A stretch of DNA of 53,726 nucleotides, counting the filler, from Sphacelaria rigidula (Eukaryota): the NCBI GenBank assembly GCA_964200075.2. It is 3 parts of 3 records of this genome, joined end to end, with 100 filler letters (N's around TTAATTAATTAA, not from the genome) between each part and the next. Parts side by side here need not be neighbours in the genome. Positions count along the whole stretch, not along the records: positions 17,950 to 35,793 come from CAXNAA020000983.1; 2 more parts are not named here. One strand, given 5' to 3'. Under the pieces are notes generated by a model, which had not been told where the DNA came from, searched no databases, and was given only the letters and a program-made list of their open reading frames with translations. The translations under genes and the position numbers were made by a program. Shown piece after piece: positions 24,901 to 35,893 of this stretch. Position 1 is the stretch's first letter, and the number at the start of each line of letters is the position of its first letter.

Positions 24901-27067
24901 CGCCTACGAGAACGTACCCCGACAGGATCAGACGTAAAATAATGCGGGTGCACGTAGCGGGCCTCCACGCCTCGGTCCAAGCTCCCGCCCACCGAGTACC
25001 TGACGTCGTAACTGGACCCTGGCGGATCTAAGACAGACACAACCAGACCTACACCGCCATGCTTATTTACACCTGGCCACGTACGATGGTCCACGAACAC
25101 GAGGTCCCCGATCACGAATGGTCTTGCGGGCGGTGGAGGGGACACTATAGGAGACAATGGCGGGACTTCAGTGGCCGCAACACCAGCCGCTGTCGTCGCG
25201 GCGGCGGCTGTGTCCGGCTGTCTACCACTTTCCTCATCTGGCTCCGTAGCCTGATGACCCCAAACGTTCGCAGCGCCCCTCGCCTGCTGTCGGGATGACG
25301 GTGTCCTTCGCTCCGAACGGCTCGCGACGATACCAGCGGGGCGTTCTGCGATGTCTTCGATTTCTACGCGTCCGGAGCGAGAAGATGGTGATCGCGCCGT
25401 CGCACGCCGCGGAGGCGTCACAGGCGGGTCCGCCGCCGAGGAAGAGGACGAGTGAACTGGCGATCGTCTTCTTCGTCTTCTGGTGCTGCTCGAGTTTCCT
25501 GTATTATTGCTCTCACGCACCGGTGTTGCCGTGCTTCCGCCACCACAGCTAACAGAGTACGGGGGCGACGGAGGGGCGAAACGATCACCACTACCTGATC
25601 CGGACGATGATGACCTTCGTCGGGCGCGTGGTCTGGGTTTAGGCGGACGGGCGTTAGCGTACATCGGAGGTACTGGTACGTGTGGCAGGGGCACGGAGGG
25701 AGAAATAACGAACGCGTCAGATCAGCTGGCGATGCGGCGTCGTTATTGATGTTAATTGTTTGAACTGCTGCAGCAGGTGACATGATGTACCGTGCGAGTT
25801 GCCAAAGTGGTTAGGGAATGCGAATTTCTGCGGCGGTATGGTCATCGGTCGGCTCATCGCCTGAGGTACCTCGACGCAGTTGACTGGCGCACTCTTCGAA
25901 TTCGTAGAGCACGCTTGCATGGATTATGCGCAGTAATTTCATCGATGGGGATAGTACTGCAGCGTTAAAGGATATTTCTCCAGATCAAACCGTATCTCGA
26001 GCTTTACGGTGGCGTGATCGCGTTTTTGTGTACCATGTGCAGTAAAAGCATAGCACATAGTACCGCAGAACGCACCTGGTGCGTGCTGCGTGAGGCTCGC
26101 GCCGACTTCGTTCAGGCAGTTCCTGAGGGAGTCAACCATTTCCGAGATCCACGCGTTCCGCCCCTGCAGCATTCGTAAGTTGGGGATTGCAACCATGCAC
26201 TGGGGGCAGCGCTGGTTCTGCCTCAAGGCTTGGGTCGCACACTCCCTGCAGAGCGCGTGATTGCACGGCAGCATCACGGGGTCATTGAAGATACTGCAAC
26301 AGTGAAACGGGACGGGAACGCAGAGGAGGGGAAGGGGCAGTAAGCGAAGTAAGATACTGGTTCGAACGCCGAAATCATTGGGGAAACGTGGGTGTGTGGG
26401 TGCTGACTTCGGCGGGATCTTGTTCATGAAAGATGTCGCCGTGGACCATCATCACACCACGTGTTTTGATCGCTCAAATCTCGTCATTGATAGTGCACGT
26501 TTTGATTCAAAGCAAAGGTTGACCGCGCTGAGCCCTACACTATGCACCTTGTCCAACCACGGCCAGACGCGTAAGTACCGTGGTCAGTATGGGCCTGCTG
26601 TAGAATCGATAGCTGATTGACTGAGACTGGCGGGAGCTTACGACGGATTTGCCCGCGTTGTTCGCCACTGCTGGTGCATCTGGAGCAAATTAGCAGTGGA
26701 ACTGACATCGCTCCGCAGGCTTGTAATTCGGGACAGTGCATGTCAGAACACACAGAGGTGCCAGCATGTTCCAGCGATACTGATACGCACAGGTATTGCA
26801 TATACACATACTCGAGGGTGTCAGATACAGATTCACCACGAACAACCTCACGCATTGTACACCGTACGGTACTATGCAGAGGGACAGCCCGTACAGACGG
26901 AGAGCCCTTCAGTACAGGGTGTAGAAGTACCTGAGACAGATGCAGCATTTGAAGTGCTTGCCAACCGTTTGGTTGACGAATTGAACGAAATCGTACAATG
27001 ATCCAGGATCATTGGTAGAAGAATCCTTCTCCACGCCGTCTCCGGCTCTTCTCTCGAGAGCTTCCAT
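18984..27067 (-). CDS. BRCA1: BRCA1/BARD1-like protein (C3HC4 RING, two Tudor/SH3-like modules, tandem BRCT), 5 exons, ~1621 aa
   Basis: Exons (minus): 26931-27067, 26076-26293, 21931-25672, 20106-20373, 18984-19484. All junctions are GT-AG and phase-compatible (2,1,2,0); total 4866 nt. The RING is split over exons 1-2 (FKCCICL-SIFNDPVMLPCNHALCRECA...RCPQC). BRCT1 is VITLSGL...TTHVVC...RSVKYLRAVAAGKWIVSDVWLKEC...EEDFEITGD. BRCT2 is GLFENTIFHFRGDF...VVRPLWLVDSIG. The symbol denotes family resemblance; BRCA1 versus BARD1 orthology is not resolved. Confidence 0.88.
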
Positions 27068-27494
27068 ATCATCCGACGCGATTGCAAAGGACCCGAGACG
27101 ACAGTCTGGAGCATCAATCCAAAGTGCCGTGTGAACGCGCGCGCACCTGTTTTTCCACCACATTCTATTTCTTCCATTTCAGACCCGTAGTCGTAAGACC
27201 ACAAGTAGAATATATGTGTGAATCTCCCTCAAGGACATAATATCAATGTACCTAACCACGGGCAGATGAGTCCTTATCAGCAAAAACATACCAATTTGAC
27301 TGCAATCTCGCGCCGAATATAGTAGAAAGTGGCAACGACGGTAGATGGTAGGCAAGATATTTTTGAATTTGAAATAATAAGTATGACATATATATGCGTT
27401 AGAGAGATTATCGCCGTTGGTGAAAATTTTGCGCACCATGATCGACAGCGAGCAGCAGCAGGGAGCGTCTGATCCGAGAGACTGATTTTCTACC
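27068..27494. promoter_or_regulatory. Putative bidirectional promoter shared by the BRCA1-like gene and SKA1
   Basis: 427 bp between divergent ATGs with an AT-rich core. Tandem TTTGAA at 27362-27373 and E2F-like TCTCGCGC at 27306-27313. Confidence 0.55.
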
Positions 27495-30236
27495 ATGACG
27501 ACCACTGTAGCTGCAAAGAAGACCTCATCTCCACCTACTACTAGTAGTAATCACCATGCTATACAAAAACCTACCTGCGCTGGCGAAGCTTTCGTGGAGT
27601 CCTTCGCTAACGTGACGAGATCTATGCTGGCGCAGTCGAAAGCTCTCGCGAGGACAGTGAGCCTAGCCCAGGTTTTGGATACAAGTATTGACAAGGAAAA
27701 CGTACCTGGTGACAGTTTGAACGTGAGCTGCCGTGTGTGGATCTTTTCGTAGGTTGTCTGTAGCAGTGGTTTCTACTGCAGTGCCTGTATGTGAGAAGCA
27801 GCAAGCACGTTTTTTTGTCGGCAGCGTCTACAGCAGTCAGCAAAAGAGTGCGGGTAGTAAGTACTACAGGCGGTGCGGTACTATACAACTCAGTATAATT
27901 GCGTTTGTAAGTTGTACTAAATAAAATAAAGGGAGCACCGTACTGTCCGCGGTAGGCGCAACAGTATAGTACAACTCTACAGTACCGGACAAGTGCTATG
28001 CAGCAGCCGTCTGTTCAAAATGAGTTTTATGTAACAGGTGTACGCCTTAACCTTGCTGGGTTCGTGTGCGCTGCACCCGAGTACAACAGCTGAAGCATTC
28101 ACATCTAGCTGCTTGACCATATCGATCTATTTCTGTAGACAGGGAGGGGGTGGTGCTGTCGACAGTTTCATATTAGTCCGCAGTGAAGTCCGCAACAGTC
28201 CAGCTGTCGCCTGGGCAAGGCCTGGGGTATGTGCACTGACCCTCTACTTATACGATCGTAGCCACTGGTAAAAGCACGGGTGGAATTCTGATGTCAGTCA
28301 AAATCTGCCACTTTTCACCTCTTCCTCGCTCCTCTGGCAAGCGCCGTCTTGTTCGGCATATTACGCTTGCACAGTTCGCCCCCACCGGTTAGGCCGATCC
28401 ACACGATGCGCTAACCAATAAAAACGCATCATGATCCCAAACAGGCGGCGAATCACAAATATCAGCAACAGTCCTCCGGCTCCGCGTACCGAGAAACCGT
28501 CCTAAATGATCTGAGATCGCTAGACACAATTGTCGCTGGTCTGGAGCGTAGGTCAGCCGAGCTGCGGGCAGCCATCACCCTCGAGCGGGCGGGCATCGCG
28601 GAGATGAAAGAGATGCGCGAATCGGCTCGACAGCGCAACGGCGACCTAGCTGCCGTCTGCGAGCGCTTGCCGCAGCATCTGCCGCACGCCGCTCCCCCGT
28701 TATTACCGCCCTCCTCGTCGCGTTCGTCAACAGCCAATGCAGTGGCTGAACGCACGAGCGGTGCCACATCGACTGATCCTAATTGCTCGTATCACCGCAG
28801 CGCCAGCAGAGATGTGATCCCCGATCCAATTGCGGCCGGCGCCGTCGCCGCCGGCTCCGTTGACGATCGTCACGCCGACGACAATCAAGTCGCCATGAAG
28901 AACGATGGGGGGAATCGCGGTGTGGGAGGGGGGGGCGGTGCTTGTCGGGTGGCACCCTCGGCCGTGTCGGAGGTGCCGACGGTTGAGCTCGTCACAGTTT
29001 CAGAATTGGAGGGAGTCGCGAGGTCCACACGTGGAAGATTGACGGTTGCTGTTGTCAACGATGCAGTGGCAGAGATTCAGAAGGCGATCGAGAAGAGGTA
29101 CGAGTACATATATCTAAGAGTAGAGACAGGGCTTCGCAGAATCTGCACTAGTAGAGTAAGGCCACAGTCATGAAAAGCAGTGGTCTGAGAGAGGTACACG
29201 AGGACAAGCAGCCGAGATTGCTGCGCGATTTGCAGTAGTGCTCGCCAAATCATGCGCGCTTTTCCTGCCTCTCGTGCAGGGTAGTTCTATTAGTAGTATA
29301 TTTCGTGCCTTGTGCAGACTCGTTCAATGCCCATATAAAATTATGCTGTTCATCCGGAAACTTTTAGCAGCCATATCCGCGGTACGCGCAAGCTTCCTGC
29401 AGTTGCTGTAGGCCACCCTCTCGTCTTCCCTCCTTCTCAAGCTCATCTCCTCTGTTTGTACATGCGCACGTCTGGACGTGTCTTGACATACTAACAGACA
29501 CGCGTTCCTCGCAAAGCCTCGTGGAAAGCTGTCCGAGAAGCTCCGGCGGCGTTTGGACGAAATCCAGCAGCAGCAGTCACCGGACCACGAGGGGCACCCC
29601 TTTTTGTCGGAGCCTGACCTTCGAGCCCTACCTGCGTTTAAAAAGGGGGAGGTACGGAGGAGACGTTGTGCGGATGTAGATGCCAGAGAAATACAAGCAA
29701 TGTCTTTCAGTTACTGTAGCGCTTGACTGAATCATAATTGCAAGCCGTTCATCTGCAAGGTTGCAATTTAGATAAGCGACAGAGCCTAGCAGAAGATGTG
29801 CTGCGTCGCTTGCGATGGAACGGACAAGTACACTGCGCTTTGATACTCGAGAGATTAGACCAGTCCATATGTGCGGCGGATGATCTTACCGCCTTTTCGA
29901 CGCACATCGACTCCTTTTTCGGCGAGCGCGACAGGAATGATGCATTGCTCGTTGCGCTCAAATGGTTCACCTGGAGGTGGATGTATCAGCCTATGGACCA
30001 GTATACCCACGCAGCTCGACAAAATGCACATATCGAAAGCTCCCAAATCCATGAAATTATAAGCGTGAGTAACCATATGTTCTTGTGTCCTTCACCTCAT
30101 CGTCCCCCGTCAATATTTTCACTGACTGCAGGTGACGGCGAAGGCGCTGATCGCTACCTTGCGGAGTCTCAAGCGGCTAAAGGGGGTGCGGAGTTCCGGT
30201 GTCATGACATACGCTGTACAGGGGACGTACTATTAA
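27495..30236 (+). CDS. SKA1: Spindle and kinetochore-associated protein 1 (SKA1), 4 exons, 379 aa
   Basis: Exons 27495-27722, 28445-29097, 29498-29651, 30132-30236; GT-AG junctions, phases 0,2,0; 1140 nt ending in TAA. N-terminal coiled coil plus SKA1 microtubule-binding domain motifs: VTVSELEGVARSTRGRLTVAVVND, GHPFLSEPDLR, KALIATLRSLKRLKGVRSSGVMTY. Confidence 0.88.
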
Positions 30237-32285
30237 GGATGTACAAATATCGCTGTAAAATCGAAACATCTGGTAACTCAGAGACCTTTGAAAGAAAAAA
30301 CGTCTTCCTTGAACAAGACGGCGTACAGTAGGTGTCAAAAAGGGAGGAGTGGCTGTCGGCGTCGCAACGATTATAAGATGTACGCACTCGCTTTAGTAAA
30401 CTTGTCCAAATGGACAGGTACCAATTTCCTCAGCGGATGCTGTAACGCGCCTGCAACGCGATACGCGCACGGCAATGGGTGTCATGACTACGTCCCATGT
30501 CCCAAAACAAGAAACGAACCACGACCTGATAGGACAACGGAGTAGTAGATCTCGCCGAATTCCTTCAACAATGGGCGCGGGGTTTATACAATGCTAGCAC
30601 GTGAAACTCGAATGAAGATACCGAGGCTCCTCAAGTTCACAATCGTTGGTGTTGAGCCAGGGGAGCTAGGGTCGTCTCCTGGGAATGTTGCGCCCTCCAG
30701 GTGCGTAGAAATTTTCTTCAGTATGTCGTGGCATGACCTTCATGAGATCCCACGCTCTCCTTTCCCTCTCACTCCCCAAACTTTGTGGAGATGGGCGGTG
30801 CTCCAGCCTGCCAGACCGTCCTACCAAAGTCGGTATTTGACACAGTTCGGCTTGTGTGGTTCCGTTGCTGGGGGGAATGAGAGGACAATCTTCGTCTGCT
30901 CATCCGGGGTATGTTGCCCTTTAGCTGTTGATCATGGGGCTATCGCGGAGCAAAACAGGCCAAACGATATCAAGAGAGGAGAGCGCGGAGCCTGTCAAAG
31001 CAGGTCGAACCAACGGTGGAATCCGCACAGCTTCTCACCATGTGGGTCGTTCAGCTCAACTTTGACATCGATCTTGGATGACTTGCTCCCGGTCACGTAT
31101 GTCGCTGGTATCAGGTCACGGGGGCAGCAGAGGGCGAACAGTATACTACCATGCATATATGAGGGAGAATCACACCAATTGGGGTGTCAATGTATTGTAC
31201 TTTTTGGTAGACGTTCCCCTGCTGCGAGGGGGGGGGGGGTCAAACTTCCAGTCTACGGGCCCATTCGATAGTGGCAACAATCTTGTGTGAAAAGTCTGCT
31301 ATGACATTTGCGGCATTTACGTGGACACGGCAGGTGTGTGCGAAGATACGTGGAAGGACCACTGATGCGGAGCTTTTTTGCCTCCACATTTGGCATCAAA
31401 ATCATTTATTTTTTCGGACTAGACGGGCACATTGACGTCGTGCGAATCACACGCTTGCTCACAATCACTAGTTCCACTTGTATTTTTTCTCACAAGCAGT
31501 CCCTTCTGCCACTGTCGATTATCACACCCCACCAATCCAACCTTAACTCTGACTATAACCCCAATGAAATGCAGGCAATGAACCCTTGGGCACAGAAAGG
31601 TGATACAGTCCCAGTGGCACTGCTCCTGCGGGCAACGTGTGTCAGGCACTGTCACGCGGCGCCATAAAAAAAAGTACGGGCGTTCCGAACTCGTCGACCC
31701 CTACGGTAGGAATCAGATATTCCGTGCGCATGTCGCACATGACAGTAAATAACACGTCCGATGGCGAGCTGTCGACCTCCATTTTTTCCGGCAGTTGCGG
31801 CATCTACGCCGCCGAACGTTTCACCCTTGCAGCGAGAGATCTGCTCGAGACCCTGTCGGCAGGTAGGAATCGTTTGGAAGTGCAGGTCGACCGTCCCAAT
31901 TATGTGTCGAAATTAAGCACACGAGCGAGTACCGTGCCATCATCAGCGCCTTTTATCTATTTCGTGCGCATATCCCTGCCTCGCTCCCCACCAACAAAAA
32001 TCTAGACGAGACCACCAGTACCAGCGAACACTACCTCATCCTTTCTTCACAACCCTTCAAAGTGTTGCCACTTTTATTAGAGTACTTGCGCGCGAGCACC
32101 CTTTCCTCGACAGAAATCCTCCCATCAATCTGTTATTGCTGAGGAGTGAACCAAATCCACAGACCGTACATTGCCATTTTGAAAATTTCATGTGCGATCA
32201 CCATCTTTCCCGAGTTCGGACCGTTATCCGCTATACCACAAGACCAAAAAACAAGGTACGTGCGAATTCAACACCCGACGAAAAT

Positions 32286-34683
32286 TCACGACTCTCCGGG
32301 AAAGAACACATGCCGCGTGTTTTCCAACGCCTGCTTGCCAAGAGCTACGGGGTCCTCCCCCCGAGCGGCTGCCACAACTTCGAGCACCTGCCATACGGCC
32401 ACAAGAGGAACATTCCACGCAAGATCGATATCACTGAGTTCGACCCGGCGTGTGCTTACAGTCACGAGAGAGGCACGGGGTGCCAACTCGGGGGCAAAAG
32501 GCTTCCCCACCCGACTTGCAGCCCGTCCACGACGTACACGAGGAAGAAATACCTTCATTCATACTGAACATGTTGTCGATGGGGCCCTCATTCGTCACGG
32601 CTCGCATCTTTTGCAACATATTTGAAACATGGTAGCTCGTTGCGTAACGCTTGGCTGGATGACTTTGAGACACAACGCAGCGACACGAGGAAATACGATA
32701 GGGATAGAGGTACTGTACATGCGTGAAAAACGAATGCAGTTAACTCCATGTGCAAAAGTTGTTGACTGTCAAAATGACGGGGTCAACCACGAACCTTCGC
32801 TGTGACTCAATTTGGAACGCCATTCGCATGATACAAACGTGAACTCCCGTGGCTTGATTTCACTGCCGCGGAACAGACAGGATTCTACCTATGTGCACAC
32901 AAACAACACAATGTACCTGGATAATATGGCATGGTTCTTGGCGACCCTTCACGCACATCCCAGCCTCGAATTTCTCGCGCTTGCGGGAAGGAATAGACGT
33001 CTTCATCATCCCAGAGCCCGCGTGTGAAGGGCGGATCTCGCACCAAGGCGCGTCGGTTTCGAGCATCAACCTCTCGCTCGGGATTGATCGAACAACCTTG
33101 CGGGGGGAATCGACGCAAGCGAGAACCAAGGACAAGTCACCGATATATCAAATGTACATAGTCGTACTGCATGCAGAGGTAGGTTTCCGTGGCGACTCAG
33201 TGCTCCGAAAAAGTCACACCTAGCCGAGAGAGCTTCCAACCCCTTGACCTCCAGGTTGGCTTGTCCGAGCATTAGTAATGGTTCGACCAAAGGAGGACGT
33301 CGCTTGAACAGATGAGCATCCCTCGAGGTCCCTGGAGGTCACAGGGTTGAGTGATGTACCGCTCGAAAACTGATACAATGAAACATGGCGATACTACTGT
33401 CGACACCGGTCCTGCGTTACGAAACAGAATAATGCACCCGCACCAATCGAACTAATATTCCCCACGCTCCCCGATACGCTTCCCATTGAGAAGCGCCTAC
33501 TGTGTACTGCGGCGGGGACGTGGCGGACCCACCTCAAGGTTTTCAGCTGTCTTCAGCGAGCATCCGTTTATGCCGATGTAAAGTCCTGGTGACGATCAAC
33601 GGAAGCAGGCAGAGAGCGACAGATGGGAAAAAACGGAGGAAGAAGAGTGAAACACGAGGCAGAAATGGAGAGAATACGTACAGACAGCGTAATCAGGTTG
33701 AGCTACACACACGGCGCAAGATGTACTTCGAACGAGGGGAACACATAAGAAGGCTTGGAGCAGGCGGGGACGGGGACGGGGGGGGGGGCGGTGCAAGACT
33801 TTCCAAATACCGCTACAGGGCTTCGTCGACGCTGACTGTACAAACGTTGAACATTCGTCGTACGCGCAGGAAATCTGTCTCCCCTGCACAAGGATTGTTT
33901 CGAAAATTGATCAGCATGTCATGCAGTTTTCTCAGAAACAAGCCGAGAACAATAGTCAGCACACTTCTTTCGTATAAATTAACCTTCCCTCCCCCCCCAA
34001 GCTTTTTCAGCCCACGACATGGTAGCGTGATCACCCATAGAAATCAATTCCTCTGCTTCTTCCCGCGTCCCCGTGAAGGAATGCACGACACCGCCAGATA
34101 TCCGGTCTCTATTCCGGCGCACAATGGTCGCAAAGTCTTCTCGGCACGCTCGCGAGTGGAAAAAGACCGGAAGGCCACTGCGCTCCGCCAGTTCGAACTG
34201 CAGCTCGAAGCCCTTCGCCTGCGCCACGTGGCATGTTTTTTCACGTAAAATTGGGACGAAAGAGGACACATCGGCTGCAGGGAACCCCCAAGGGAGCGCG
34301 AGGGCTCCCGACGTGTCGATGACCGGCCATACAGCCGATAGTCAAAAAGCACTTGTGCGAAGGGCTCGAGACCTATGCTCGTCCATTCAACACAGTGAGT
34401 ATGCCTCCTTGGGCTACCCCCTTGCGGGGCGTACTTGCTGCCCGAGAGGAGTGACGCGTGTTCACAACATCTTCAATACCTCCTGATATCGAGCCCGGGC
34501 CTTTGCACTCTTGTCCCGATATGGAAAAAAACGGGGACATTTCCCTCAACCCCTTACTTTCAACAAACTGTTGTCATCATCCGTGTTGTGTACCCATGAG
34601 CTGTTGGATTTTGTCACCTGCTCTTCCTTTGAGCAGAAGTGTAGTCGGTCGTAATCCAGACCACACTCTCCGACCGCGACAAC
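32286..34683 (-). CDS. TATDN1: TatD-family DNase (TATDN1-like), last five exons; 5' exons not located (probably in or beyond the 35794 gap)
   Basis: Exons (minus): 34618-34683 ([22 protein letters not shown]), 34035-34218 ([17 protein letters not shown]...GGVVHSFTG), 33533-33585 ([18 protein letters not shown]), 32917-33096 ([19 protein letters not shown]...KGRQEP), 32286-32387 (VLEVVA...NTRHVFF...stop). Junctions are GT-AG and phase-compatible; metal-binding motifs are intact. Confidence 0.92.
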
Positions 34684-34996
34684 CTGATGGAACAAAAAAC
34701 GAAACGTGTCAAGACCACCAAAAGCACAAGTCGGGGTCGATGGGACTAGGTTCATCTCCAATTGGTGAGCGGAGGGTCACCGACGTACACCTGAACCGAA
34801 CACGAGGAAAAACAAGGAGCGTTGTCCACCAGAAAAAACGGTTTGCTTCGGATCATGGCACGTGTGCTGTCGCTATGCCTGGTATTGCACCCGCGGTTAC
34901 AACATGTCCAACAGTTACAGTAGACACACCTATGCTATTAAGACACCGAGCGTTGCGTCGCTGAAAGTACCGTGTCAAAATCGTCCTCGATGATAA

Positions 34997-35372
34997 AGGT
35001 GGTTAGGGTAGTAGGGTAGGTGCCCACAGGTACCCCGGATATTCAGGGTATTTTGGAGTACCAGATTGCCCCAGGGAACCCGGGGTATTGACGGCCGGAA
35101 AAACTCAGAATTCCGGAGAACTCAGGATATCGACGGCCGAGAATATTCAGCATTTCAGGATGCCCAGGGCAGGGACATATCGAAATAGCCTACTATGTAC
35201 TCTGTACCCTACCCTACCCTCGAGTACCGTCGGTTCCTGAGGTATTTTGGAGCACCGAGTACTCCAAGGTAACCAGGGTGTCGACGGCCGAAAGTACGCA
35301 GTATTTCAGGGTACGCAGGGTATCGATACCCCGAAATACCTTACTCTGTACCCTACCCTGACCTAACCACCT
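34997..35372. mobile_element. MITE-like element with internal repeats, upstream of the first located TatD exon (probably intronic)
   Basis: TIR AGGTGGTTAGG / CCTAACCACCT. Internal GACGGCCG-containing subrepeats and duplicated TACTCTGTACCCTACCC. No clear TSD. Confidence 0.6.
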
Positions 35373-35793
35373 GCAATAACAAGGGGGGCACGTGGCGTCA
35401 TTTTCCAGGACTCATACCCCCCGACACCTGCTCATCGAGAAAAAACGGGTTGGGTGTCACGCAAGCTGCTGTGCTCTTCTTCACCGTGTCGCACTTGTAC
35501 CAACTCATGATTCAGAAAGTGTGTGGGTATACATATATGTATACATCAGTGCGCTGCCGGGTTGTGATGAATCTAAATTTGGTTTGGAACCTGCGAAAAC
35601 TCCGTGCTTTGCCCAGTATTTACATATATGTATAGTGCCTGGGTGTTGACTAGACTGAGAGAAATCCGTATTTCGCCCGGAAAAATCGGCACGCGCGCGC
35701 GCGCGGGGGGGGGGGGGGGGGGGGGTCCCCGTCCGGGAAGGTGGGGCGCCCCCCTCTGTGGGGGTGGCGTTTTTTTGGGGGAAAATTTTGGGG

Positions 35794-35893
35794 NNNNNNN
35801 NNNNNNNNNNNNNNNNNNNNNNNNNNNNNNNNNNNNNTTAATTAATTAANNNNNNNNNNNNNNNNNNNNNNNNNNNNNNNNNNNNNNNNNNNN
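35794..35893. other. Assembly spacer (44 N + TTAATTAATTAA + 44 N)
   Basis: Same construct as 17850-17949. Confidence 0.95.

Noticed and set aside
21927-25694. 1255-aa ORF as a standalone intronless gene
   Set aside because: It is exon 3 of the BRCA1-like gene, with a phase-matched acceptor at 25673 and donor at 21930.
30591-31271. 226-aa ORF between SKA1 and TatD
   Set aside because: No recognisable domain; it lies in the likely 3' UTR/intergenic region of two convergent genes.
33502-34248. 248-aa plus-strand ORF
   Set aside because: It is antisense to TatD exons and introns.
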